A stretch of DNA of 64,000 nt from Anaerolineales bacterium (GCA_036397095.1 DASWJQ010000108.1:5385-69384), one strand, 5' to 3'; counted from the first letter of the stretch, positions 9,565-19,775 are shown. The notes: generated from the sequence alone by a model not told the origin. Translations and numbers: made by a program.

Positions 9565-10220
9565 CACGCGATACGGAAAACGGGAGCTCGATAAGGAGGA
9601 ACTGTCGGACACGAAGTTCGTGTATGTGGATTACCGTCACCTCAAATGTGATTGTTGTCAGTTGATGTAGGCCTGGATAGTAGGGGGAGCCAGTGGCCAA
9701 GTATGGATTGGAGCAGCTAGAAGTCTGGCGAGCAAGCATGGAGTTGGCTAGAGACGTTTGCTTAAGGCTTGTTCCGGCATTGCCGGAGGAAGAAAAGTAC
9801 GCGCTGGCATCGCAGCTTCGTCGCGCTGCCCAGAGCATTCCGGCCAACATCGCTGAGGCTTATGGCAGATTTCATTATGCAGATGCCGCTCGCTGCTGCT
9901 ACATTGCCCGTGGATCCCTCGAAGAAATGTGGAGCCATGTGCTCTTAGGCAGGGAGATTGGATACTGGCGAGATTTCTCATTCGAGGAATTGCGCAAGAG
10001 ATATCTGAGAGTCCAACAGATGCTAAATGGCTACATTGGCTATCTCAAGAGGAGTCGCAGAACTTGAGGCCACTGGCAGAGTGCGGGCACGCCATCGCAA
10101 AGTTGGTTGAGACAAGGTTCGCTACTTTCGTGATTCAGGGGACTGGATCAGTCTTGAAAGCAGCCGAGCGTGCCCCGGTGCTGATTTTCCGTATCCCGTG
10201 TTTCGTATCCCGTATTACCT
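9561..10220 (+). repeat. inverted-repeat-flanked, lower-GC cassette carrying the four-helix-bundle gene (IVS-like element)
   Basis: The left arm (9561-9587, GGTAACACGCGATACGGAAAACGGGAG) is near-complementary to the right arm (10193-10220, CCCGTGTTTCGTATCCCGTATTACC). That gives about 26 bp with 3-4 mismatches or wobbles. The interior is visibly less GC-rich than the flanks. Confidence 0.6.
9693..10067 (+). CDS. four-helix-bundle protein (family formerly called 23S rRNA intervening-sequence protein)
   Basis: GTG start with GGGGGAG 5 nt upstream. LEVWRASMELARDVCLRL...ALASQLRRAAQSIPANIAEAYGRF...ARGSLEEM is the hallmark of this family. Confidence 0.85.
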   Translation: MAKYGLEQLEVWRASMELARDVCLRLVPALPEEEKYALASQLRRAAQSIPANIAEAYGRFHYADAARCCYIARGSLEEMWSHVLLGREIGYWRDFSFEELRKRYLRVQQMLNGYIGYLKRSRRT

Positions 10221-10256
10221 GAACCAGTTCAGATCTCAAACCAAAGGACTCATCCG

Positions 10257-11045
10257 ATGAAAATCTACGACCTCTCCCAACCCCTCAACCAGGACGCCCC
10301 CTTCTGGCCGTTCTATCCGCCGTTTGAGGTCAAGTACTTCAAGCGCAAGGCCGAGCATGGTGTCAATGCACAATACATCCAGACCTCCAATCACATGGGG
10401 ACGCATCTTGATGCGCCGCGGCACTTCATGACCGCTGGCAAGACGATCGACCAAATCCCGCTGGAGTGGGTCTACGGGCCCGGTGTCATCGTCGACTTAA
10501 GCGATCTCATGGATGAACTGGAAGTGATCACGGTCGCCATGATTGAAGAGCGGGCTGAGGTGCGCCAGGGCGATATTCTCTTCCTGCACACCGGCTGGCA
10601 CCGCCATGCTCAGTTTGGCGACCAGCCAGACGAAGAGAAGTACATTCACCGCCATCCGGGGCCTCACTTCGAAATCGTCGACTGGCTCATTGCCAAGCAG
10701 ATCCACCTGTGGGGGGTCGACATGGTATCGACCGATCACCCAATGAACCTGCCAATCGGACGCTTCCTTGGCAAGGGTGGTCTCGAACATTGGCAGAAGG
10801 TCCGCCAGCAGTGCATCGACAAGTTTGGCGAAGACCAGCTTGACAAGCTGTTTCCCGATTCGGCCTACCAATTGACGCACAATGCTTTGTTCCCGCACGA
10901 CTGTATCCATGTCGAAAATTTGGGCGGGCAGATTGGGGCTCCCGAACTGCAGAACCGCCGGCTTACGCTGGGCGCGTTCCCCTGGCTGTTTCAAGGGGGA
11001 GAGGCCGCGTTCTGCCGGGCCGTCGCTTTCGTCGAAGAGGACTGA
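10257..11045 (+). CDS. cyclase-family metal hydrolase (kynurenine formamidase / isatin hydrolase-like)
   Basis: The HxGTHxDxPxH motif is present as NHMGTHLDAPRH, within a cyclase-type fold length of 262 aa. Confidence 0.85.
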   Translation: MKIYDLSQPLNQDAPFWPFYPPFEVKYFKRKAEHGVNAQYIQTSNHMGTHLDAPRHFMTAGKTIDQIPLEWVYGPGVIVDLSDLMDELEVITVAMIEERAEVRQGDILFLHTGWHRHAQFGDQPDEEKYIHRHPGPHFEIVDWLIAKQIHLWGVDMVSTDHPMNLPIGRFLGKGGLEHWQKVRQQCIDKFGEDQLDKLFPDSAYQLTHNALFPHDCIHVENLGGQIGAPELQNRRLTLGAFPWLFQGGEAAFCRAVAFVEED

Positions 11046-11047
11046 GC

Positions 11048-13405
11048 ATGACGACACGCACCTTCGGTCAACGCATCAAGCGGAACGAAGACCCCCGGCT
11101 GCTGACCGGCCGAGCACTCTTCGTCGACGACGTCAACCCGGCAGGTTTGACGCACGCCGCCTTCGTGCGCAGCCCCTATGCCCACGCCCGCATCAAGTCG
11201 ATCGACACCTCGACGGCGCGCCAATTAGCAGGCGTGGTCGCCATCTACACGGCCGACGATCTTGGCGACTACTGGCGTAAGGGACCGCTCAACGTGTCGC
11301 CGCCCCCGATCGAGGGGCTCGAGTTCCACGAACGGACCCAGCCCATCCTGGCGCGTGACAAAGTGCGCCATGCTGGGGAAGCGCTGGCGGTAGTCATCGC
11401 CGAGAGTCGCTACCTGGCGGAAGACGCCGCCCACCAGATTGTCGTCGACTACGAGCCGCTGCCAGTCGTGGTCGAGCTTGAAGCCGCGCTCGAACCGGAG
11501 GCGGCGCTGATCCATGACGACCTCGAATCGAACCGGGCGGCCCACGTCATCCAGCGGAAGGGCGACTTCGAGGCGGCCAAGGCCAAAGCCGACCTGGTGC
11601 TGACCCGGCGTCTCGACTACGACCGCGGGGTGGCGGCGGCCATGGAAAACCGCGGCATCGTCGCCGACTGGGACCGTCTCAACCAGCGGCTGACAGTCTG
11701 GGACACAACCCAGGCACCCATCCCGATCCGCAACGGGCTGGCCGGCATGCTCGGGCTGTCGGAGGACCAGGTGCGGGTGGTGGCGCCTTTTATCGGCGGT
11801 GGGTTTGGTCCCAAAATTATGATGTTCTATCCGGAAGAAATGCTGATCCCGTGGATTGCGCTGCAGCTGCAGCGGCCCGTCAAGTGGATCGAAGATCGCG
11901 CCGAGAACTTCGTGGCCACCAGCCACGAGCGGGGTCAAATCCATGATGTCGAGTTCGCATTCACCAGGGACGGCCGACTGCTGGCTGTCAAGGATGTCTT
12001 TCTGCACGACAGCGGTGCCTACGATCCGTACGGCTTGACCATTCCCATCAACAGCCAGTGCACGTTGCTCGGCGCCTACGACGTGCCCAACTACTATTCG
12101 GAATTCACGGCGGTCTTCACCAACAAGACGATCGTCACGCCCTATCGAGGCGCCGGCCGCCAGCATGGTGTGTTTGTCATGGAGCGGATGCTCGACCTGG
12201 CGGCGCGCGAACTGGACCTCGATCCGACCGAAATCCGCCGCCTGAACTTCATTCCTTCGGACGCCTATCCCTACGACAACCAGATCATTTACCAGGACTT
12301 TGCCCCCCTGGTTTACGACAGCGGTAACCATGAGCCGGTGCTGGACAAGACGATGGAGCTCATTGGCTACCGACAGTTCCGCGATGAGATCCAGCCGGCG
12401 GCCCGCAAGCAGGGGAGAAAGTTGGGTCTTGGGTTGGTGTACTACGTGGAGGGCACCGGCATTGGCCCCTACGAAGGGGCGCGCGTGCAGATCCAACCGA
12501 GCGGCAAGGTCAGCGTCGTCACCGGCGTCGGCACCCAGGGGCAGGGCCATTTCACAAGCTTCGCCCAGGTGGTGTCCGACCAATTGGGCGTGCCCGTCGA
12601 CCAGATCACGGTCGTGACCGGTGACACCGACCAGTTCCATTGGGGAACCGGAACCTTCGCCAGCCGCGGGGCCGTGGTGGCCGGTAATGCCATCCATGCC
12701 GCTGCCAAGGAAGTGCGGCGCAAGGTGTTGGCGATGGCCAGCGAAAAACTGGAAGCGGCCGTCGAAGACCTGGAGCTGGACGGCGGATCGGTACAGGTGA
12801 AAGGCGTGCCCAGCTCGGCTATTCCGCTCGGCCAACTGGCTGCCGAAGCCAACCCGCTGCGAGGGGCGGTCAAACCCGGCACCGAGCCCGGTTTGGAGGC
12901 CACCGACTATTTTGGCCCGGAACGTGGCGCCACGGCCTACGGGGCCCATGCCATGATCGTCGAAGTCGACCAGCAGACGATGCAGGTCCACATCGATAAG
13001 TACGTTGTGGTGCACGATTGCGGCCGGGTGATCAACCCGCTAATCCTCGACGGCCAAATACACGGCGGGGTGGCGCAGGGGCTGGGCAATGCTTTCTTCG
13101 AGGAGTTGATCTATGACGAAAACGGCCAGCTGCTCAACGGCTCCTTCATGGATTACTTGCTGCCGACGGCGTCGGATGTCCCGCGCATGATCGTCGACCA
13201 TCTCGAGACCCCGTCGCCGCTGAATCCACTGGGGGTCAAAGGGGCTGGAGAAGCCGGTGCCATCCCGGTGGCGGCGCTGTTCGCACAAGCAGTCGAGGAT
13301 GCATTGGACCTGCCCGATCTCGAGCTACTCGAGATACCCCTGAGCCCAAGCCGTCTGTGGGAGCGGGTCGAGGCCGAACGACTGGCCGCGGCCGCCGAGG
13401 CCTAA
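11048..13405 (+). CDS. Mo-hydroxylase molybdopterin-binding large subunit (CoxL-like, form-II type)
   Basis: 785 aa. The N-terminus RIKRNEDPRLLTGRALFVDD is typical. The active-site loop reads TPYRGAGRQHG (AYRGAGR type), not the VAYRCSFR of true CO dehydrogenases. Confidence 0.9.
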   Translation: MTTRTFGQRIKRNEDPRLLTGRALFVDDVNPAGLTHAAFVRSPYAHARIKSIDTSTARQLAGVVAIYTADDLGDYWRKGPLNVSPPPIEGLEFHERTQPILARDKVRHAGEALAVVIAESRYLAEDAAHQIVVDYEPLPVVVELEAALEPEAALIHDDLESNRAAHVIQRKGDFEAAKAKADLVLTRRLDYDRGVAAAMENRGIVADWDRLNQRLTVWDTTQAPIPIRNGLAGMLGLSEDQVRVVAPFIGGGFGPKIMMFYPEEMLIPWIALQLQRPVKWIEDRAENFVATSHERGQIHDVEFAFTRDGRLLAVKDVFLHDSGAYDPYGLTIPINSQCTLLGAYDVPNYYSEFTAVFTNKTIVTPYRGAGRQHGVFVMERMLDLAARELDLDPTEIRRLNFIPSDAYPYDNQIIYQDFAPLVYDSGNHEPVLDKTMELIGYRQFRDEIQPAARKQGRKLGLGLVYYVEGTGIGPYEGARVQIQPSGKVSVVTGVGTQGQGHFTSFAQVVSDQLGVPVDQITVVTGDTDQFHWGTGTFASRGAVVAGNAIHAAAKEVRRKVLAMASEKLEAAVEDLELDGGSVQVKGVPSSAIPLGQLAAEANPLRGAVKPGTEPGLEATDYFGPERGATAYGAHAMIVEVDQQTMQVHIDKYVVVHDCGRVINPLILDGQIHGGVAQGLGNAFFEELIYDENGQLLNGSFMDYLLPTASDVPRMIVDHLETPSPLNPLGVKGAGEAGAIPVAALFAQAVEDALDLPDLELLEIPLSPSRLWERVEAERLAAAAEA

Positions 13406-14281
13406 TTGCGGATCCGAGCACTGCGCCTGACTCCGGTTGCCCGAGCCTGGCTCCAGGCCGCCGGCCCCGCCAGGCCGCTGCACATCTTTTCCCAGGTCTG
13501 CAACCTGATAGACGACGGCGGCCGGGTCCTATCGCTGCAAACGGCCCGGCTGGCCGACGGTCCACTATCCCTGACCGTGCCGGCGCAGGTCGGGGGCGGG
13601 CAGGGATTGGGGCATTGGATCCATGATCAGACTTCCATTGTTCGATTAGAAGATAGGCTCACAGTCGGCAAATTGACGATCGATTGGGCTGGCGCCGAAA
13701 ACTGGGATCCGACCCCTGATTGGCAGCGGTTGCGAGCCGACCAGGGTTTTACGAGCAGGCTGCCGGCGCTGCGCCGGTTGCTGGCGGCTGGGGCGCCACC
13801 TGGGGGATTGGCTGGTCTGCTAGACGAGGGAGAGTTGGCCGCGGACTCACTGGCGGCCCAGCTGTTGGCTACTGCCGGCCCGCTGGCCGCCGCTTTGCAG
13901 TCAGCGTTGCGATCGGGTAATCGGAGCCGCCTGCAGCCGGCGGCGGCCGGGCTGGCCGGCTTGGGCGGCGGTCTGACTCCATCCGGCGACGACTATCTGG
14001 TTGGGGTGATGCATGCCTTGTGGATCCAGCGGCCGCCGGCCGAGTCGACCGAGCTGTCGGAGCTGCTGGTGAGCGCGGCCGTGCCACGTACCACCCCCCT
14101 ATCGGCGGCCTGGCTGCAGGCAGCCGCCGACGGGCAGGCCTCGCGGCTGTGGCATGATTTGCTGGAGGCGCTGTTGTCGGCCGAAGGGGGAGCGATTGAA
14201 GCACCGGCCCGGGCCCTGATGGCAGTTGGTCATACCTCGGGTGCCGATGCGCTGGCCGGCTTCCTGCAAGCATTCGAGTAG
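13406..14281 (+). CDS. DUF2877 protein, YlbF/AllH-like
   Basis: TTG start directly after the large-subunit stop. GLGGGLTPSGDDYLVGVMHALW and the C-terminal VGHTSGADALAGF are the DUF2877 hallmarks. Confidence 0.75.
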   Translation: MRIRALRLTPVARAWLQAAGPARPLHIFSQVCNLIDDGGRVLSLQTARLADGPLSLTVPAQVGGGQGLGHWIHDQTSIVRLEDRLTVGKLTIDWAGAENWDPTPDWQRLRADQGFTSRLPALRRLLAAGAPPGGLAGLLDEGELAADSLAAQLLATAGPLAAALQSALRSGNRSRLQPAAAGLAGLGGGLTPSGDDYLVGVMHALWIQRPPAESTELSELLVSAAVPRTTPLSAAWLQAAADGQASRLWHDLLEALLSAEGGAIEAPARALMAVGHTSGADALAGFLQAFE

Positions 14282-14303
14282 CTGCCCATATCATCGGGGG
14301 ATC

Positions 14304-14337
14304 AAAAAAAAGCGGCGCAGCTTTGCTGCGCCGCTTT
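14304..14337. terminator. bidirectional intrinsic terminator between convergent genes
   Basis: There is a perfect 11-bp stem (AAGCGGCGCAG / CTGCGCCGCTT) with a 5-nt loop. An A7 tract precedes it, which is the U-tract for the minus-strand permease transcript. A short T-run follows. Confidence 0.75.
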
Positions 14338-14360
14338 CGGGAACCCCGACTGCGAAGTGG

Positions 14361-15773
14361 TTAGTCGCCCATTCCCATTTCGGTCGTCCGGCCAGTCCCA
14401 ACAGCATGGGATTCGACGCTGGCAACCGCGGGCGGCTTGAAGACCAGGAAGATCAGGTTGAGCAGGATGCCCGCTACGGCGCCGGTAGCGATCGCCGGCC
14501 AGCCGAAGGGGAACAGCCCCTGCAGCAACGGGATCGGCAGGAAGCCACCGGCGTAGCCGATGTGGCCGCCCACGCCGATCACCATGATGACAGCACCGAT
14601 GGCCAGCTGCTTCGGATCGAACAGGTTGACCTTCTCCGACATGATCAGGGCAATGCCTTGCATGCCGATCACGCCGAACAGGTAGATAGCCAGTCCGCCC
14701 GAAACCGCCAGCGGGATGCTGTTGACCACCGCCACCAGCTGGCCGCTGAAGGCCAGGATCATGGCGATGATGCCGCCGCCAATCAGGGCGGGGCCGGAGT
14801 AGTTGCGGGTGATCACCATCAGCGAGTTGTTCTCGCCGTAGTTGGTGCCGGCAACACCACCGATCAAGCCGTTGGTCATGTCGCCCAGACCGTCCAGTAC
14901 CAGGTTGAGGCCGATGAACTCACTGAGCTTCTGCTTCGGCCGCCCCATCTGATCGGCCAGGTTGTCGACGTACAGGCTGATCTGATACAGGTGGGCTGTT
15001 GATTCAGGGATGGTGGCGATGGCCATGGCGGCGATGCCGAAGATGGCGGTCGCAGCCAGTTCACTGCTGAAGTTCGGGAAGGTGAAGTGCGGCACCGTGA
15101 TCAGGCTGGCCGCACCCACGCCACTGAAATCGACCAGGCCGAAGGGGATCGCCACCAGGTAGCCGACGACGGCACCCAACAGCACTGGGATCATCCCGAT
15201 GAAGCCGCGGCCCTGCAGGTAGACCGAGAAGATGATGGTCACCAGCAAGGTGATCAAGGCGACGCCCCAGTGAGAGCTGGACATGTCGAGCGCAGCGAAG
15301 CCGAGGGCGAACCCGATGACCGCGGCCACCGAGCCCGTCACAATTGGCGGGAGGACCACGTCGATCGATTTCTTGCCTCCGGAGAAGCGAATGATCAAGC
15401 CGATGGCGATGTTGACCAAGCCGGTGACGATAATGCCGGCCTGGGCCGCGCCGATCAGCTCATCGCTGGCCGGGACACCGAACTGAGCGCCCGTGACCGC
15501 CAATGTGGCGGCGATGTAGCTGAAGCTCGAGCCATAGTACAGCGGGATGAACGTTCCGATCCCGAGTCGTGAGCCGAGCAGGGCCACCAGTGTGGCCAGA
15601 CCGGAGGCAAACAGCACAGTGCTGACGTGGAACCCGACGAGCAAGGCCACCAACACGGTGGCGGGGAACATGGTCAGCACGTGCTGAAGTCCGAGGAGCA
15701 CCAACTGTCCGATTGGGGGTGTGTCATTGGGCAAGTAGCCCATGACCTTGACCTTTGGGGACTCCATGGTCAT
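14361..15773 (-). CDS. NCS2-family nucleobase (uracil/xanthine-type) permease
   Basis: Start moved to ATG 15773 (MTMESPKVKV, GAGGAG RBS). It is polytopic and Gly-rich, with a typical NCS2 N-terminus (PIGQLVLLGLQHVLTMFPATV). Confidence 0.85.
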   Translation of the reverse strand: MTMESPKVKVMGYLPNDTPPIGQLVLLGLQHVLTMFPATVLVALLVGFHVSTVLFASGLATLVALLGSRLGIGTFIPLYYGSSFSYIAATLAVTGAQFGVPASDELIGAAQAGIIVTGLVNIAIGLIIRFSGGKKSIDVVLPPIVTGSVAAVIGFALGFAALDMSSSHWGVALITLLVTIIFSVYLQGRGFIGMIPVLLGAVVGYLVAIPFGLVDFSGVGAASLITVPHFTFPNFSSELAATAIFGIAAMAIATIPESTAHLYQISLYVDNLADQMGRPKQKLSEFIGLNLVLDGLGDMTNGLIGGVAGTNYGENNSLMVITRNYSGPALIGGGIIAMILAFSGQLVAVVNSIPLAVSGGLAIYLFGVIGMQGIALIMSEKVNLFDPKQLAIGAVIMVIGVGGHIGYAGGFLPIPLLQGLFPFGWPAIATGAVAGILLNLIFLVFKPPAVASVESHAVGTGRTTEMGMGD

Positions 15774-16151
15774 TATGTTCTCCTCTTCACAAAGGAATGT
15801 GTCTAGTAAAAGCGCTTGGGTTGGACGCGGGGCGCTTGGTCCGCCGCACCGCGAGTGCAGTTCGAGGTCTCCAACACCTCCTTGGCGCAAGAGAGCCATA
15901 GCCGGCAGGTGGTGGGGTGGGGTTCCCAAGTGTTGCTTCGCGGGCGGTCAGCAGGCGTTGTGTTTGCCTGCATCCGCGTCGGCACCCTCCGGCGGTGTGA
16001 TCCATGTAGGAAAACACCAGATGTGGGAAAAAGTGTCGCTGAATCCCCACACTTATGCTTAGACTAGCACGGTAGCGGGTATGATTCTGGGTCCGCCAAT
16101 CACATCCTCGACCGCCATTCGTCACATCACGACAGGGCGGCCCGTGTTTGG

Positions 16152-16180
16152 TTGACGGCCCCTAAGCGCTACGTTACAAT
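16152..16180 (+). promoter_or_regulatory. sigma70-type promoter for the tRNA-Ala pair
   Basis: TTGACG (16152-16157), a 17-nt spacer, then TACAAT (16175-16180). It lies about 17 nt upstream of the first tRNA. Confidence 0.6.
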
Positions 16181-16196
16181 GCGCTCATCCCTTCGG

Positions 16197-16269
16197 GGGC
16201 CTGTAGCGCAGTTGGGAGCGCGCTTCAATCGCACTGAAGAGGTCGCGGGTTCGAATCCCGCCAGGTCCA
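16197..16269 (+). tRNA. tRNA-Ala (anticodon CGC)
   Basis: The cloverleaf was drawn by hand: acceptor GGGCCTG/CAGGTCC with the G3:U70 Ala identity pair, D arm GCGC-AGTTGGGA-GCGC, anticodon loop AT-CGC-AC, T arm GCGGG-TTCGAAT-CCCGC, discriminator A. No CCA is encoded. Confidence 0.9.
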
Positions 16270-16284
16270 CAGACAACCTAGCCT

Positions 16285-16357
16285 GGGCCCATAGCGCAGT
16301 TGGGAGCGCGTCTCAATGGCATTGAGAAGGTCGTGGGTTCGAATCCCACTGGGTCCA
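16285..16357 (+). tRNA. tRNA-Ala (anticodon GGC)
   Basis: Acceptor GGGCCCA/TGGGTCC with G3:U70, anticodon loop AT-GGC-AT, T arm GTGGG-TTCGAAT-CCCAC. It lies 15 nt after the first tRNA. Confidence 0.9.
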
Positions 16358-16363
16358 CCTGAA

Positions 16364-16390
16364 CTGCCCGTCCGCCCGGATGGGCAGTTT
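16364..16390 (+). terminator. hairpin terminator after the tRNA pair
   Basis: CTGCCCGTCC-GCCC-GGATGGGCAG is a 10-bp stem with one G-U pair, followed by TTT. The U-tract is short. Confidence 0.5.
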
Positions 16391-16392
16391 CC

Positions 16393-16546
16393 GTTAACCA
16401 CAAAGACTCGAAGAGCACAAAGGGTTCAATATGTACACAAAGAAGTGCAGACGACGTGTGAGTGAGCTGCAGCGCAGTCAGCCATGTATGTCTTTCTTTG
16501 TGCACCTCCCTTCCCCCCTTTGTGTCCTTCGCGTCTTTGTGGTTAC
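16393..16546. repeat. long imperfect hairpin / MITE-like element with CACAAAG motifs
   Basis: Arm 16395-16423 (AACCACAAAGACTCGAAGAGCACAAAGGG) is complementary to 16516-16544, with 3 mismatches in 29. An inner arm pair ACACAAAGAA / TTCTTTGTGC follows. The element is lower in GC than its surroundings. Confidence 0.5.
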
Positions 16547-16560
16547 CCTGCGGGCGCCGC

Positions 16561-16589
16561 TTGCATTCTGGCCGGAACCCGTTTAACAT
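16561..16589 (+). promoter_or_regulatory. candidate promoter for the leuS leader
   Basis: TTGCAT, a 17-nt spacer, then TAACAT, just upstream of the T-box stem I. Confidence 0.4.
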
Positions 16590-16596
16590 GGGTTGT

Positions 16597-16880
16597 CACA
16601 ATCGAGATTCCTTAAGGCTGAGGCAGGAGTAGTAGGGCCTCCCACAGTGAGCCGGGGACGGTGGAAGCCCGGCAAGGCGACCTCGGATCGCCGCCAAGCC
16701 TGAACTCGCCTGTCGCCCGCCGCTGGTCGGCGGGGCAGCCCTTCCGGTGAACGCCGAGTAGCTGGGAGCGGGTGCGCCCGATAACGCGCCAAGAGCGGCC
16801 GGCCGGATTTCCGGTTGGCAAGCAGGGTGGTACCGCGGATCCCCTTTCGCCCCTGACGATGGCGAGAGGGGTCTTGTTTT
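16597..16880 (+). promoter_or_regulatory. T-box riboswitch leader (Leu, specifier CUC) with terminator
   Basis: The stem I AG-bulge is AGTGA (16646-16650) and the distal loop is GGTGGAA (16660-16666). The specifier is GAA-CTC-G (CTC at 16705-16707). The T-box core is AGCAGGGTGGTACCGCG (16821-16837), whose UGGU fits a discriminator-A tRNA. The terminator is CCCCTTTCGCC...GGCGAGAGGGG followed by TCTTGTTTTT (16841-16880). Confidence 0.8.
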
Positions 16881-16941
16881 TCCAGGGTCGCTTGGGCCGT
16901 GCCCCGGGCCGACCCGCAAGCAACGGCAAATGAGGTGGTGT

Positions 16942-19428
<2,487 letters not shown>

Positions 19429-19430
19429 GC

Positions 19431-19505
19431 CCCGAGTTTCCAGCAGGTACGCCCCAACGCCTCCAACGCAGGGGCGACTGGCCTAGACTTTGCTGGACTC
19501 GGGGA
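19431..19505 (+). other. branched/long hairpin downstream of leuS (possible terminator without U-tract)
   Basis: The outer stem is CCCCGAGT..CCAGCA / TGCTGG-ACTCGGGG and the inner stem is CGCCCC / GGGGCG. No T-run follows. Confidence 0.3.
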
Positions 19506-19775
19506 CCCAGGAGAACCGGCCCTCCGGCGGGTACCCAGCCCTCTCATCTCCGACCGCGCCCGCCCTGGGCGATCACAAGGATCGCCCATACGCGCCAGCG
19601 GACGACAACGAGTTGCGCCCTATTTCGTTTAGGTGGAGGCTGGGGACCTTCTGCGCCAGTTTGAGATCCCACAAACCAAGGCAACTCCTCGCTGGATACG
19701 AATTGGGAGCACCGGCGGTTTCCCTTCCGAACTCGGTTCGGCAATACTTAATCAGCGAGCATCTGGCAAAGAGGG

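Noticed and set aside
9558-9671. 37-aa Cys-rich ORF (MGNTRYGKRELDKEELSDTKFVYVDYRHLKCDCCQLM) starting inside the DUF1116 stop region, with an AAGGAGG at 9592.
   Set aside because: The AAGGAGG is not positioned before a start codon. The ORF covers the left inverted repeat of the cassette, and there is no support beyond being open. It is left as unproven.
11225-13015. 596-aa ORF antisense to the Mo-hydroxylase large subunit. Similar long antisense ORFs lie at 23418-25205, 21866-23203, 17863-18963, 6966-8090 and 42882-43331.
   Set aside because: These are typical shadow ORFs of a GC-rich genome. They run opposite to genes with clear family motifs, their translations are Arg/Gly/Pro/Ala-rich low-complexity sequence with no recognisable motifs, and they have no RBS context.
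11048-13405. Calling the Mo enzyme an aerobic carbon-monoxide dehydrogenase because of the coxD/E/F-like, coxM, coxS and coxL-like genes.
   Set aside because: The active-site loop is PYRGAGR (form-II type) rather than the VAYRCSFR loop of Mo-Cu CO dehydrogenases. The surrounding amidase, cyclase and permease genes also point to heterocycle catabolism.
15774-16150. Purine/xanthine-type riboswitch in the ~380-nt region upstream of the NCS2 permease.
   Set aside because: The leader is long and contains hairpins, for example AAGCGC...GCGCTTTT near 15802-15832. No purine, ZTP or other conserved riboswitch core could be recognised by eye, so the region needs an Rfam scan before any claim.
16278-16589. 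103-aa minus-strand ORF.
   Set aside because: It runs straight through the second tRNA-Ala gene and the hairpin element, so it is an artefact of stop-codon-poor sequence.
19431-19775. Possible structured ncRNA or riboswitch in the 350-nt gap between leuS and the creatininase gene.
   Set aside because: It contains a branched hairpin and a GGGCGATC-ACAA-GGATCGCCC hairpin but no recognisable conserved motif. The hairpin is recorded only as a low-confidence feature.
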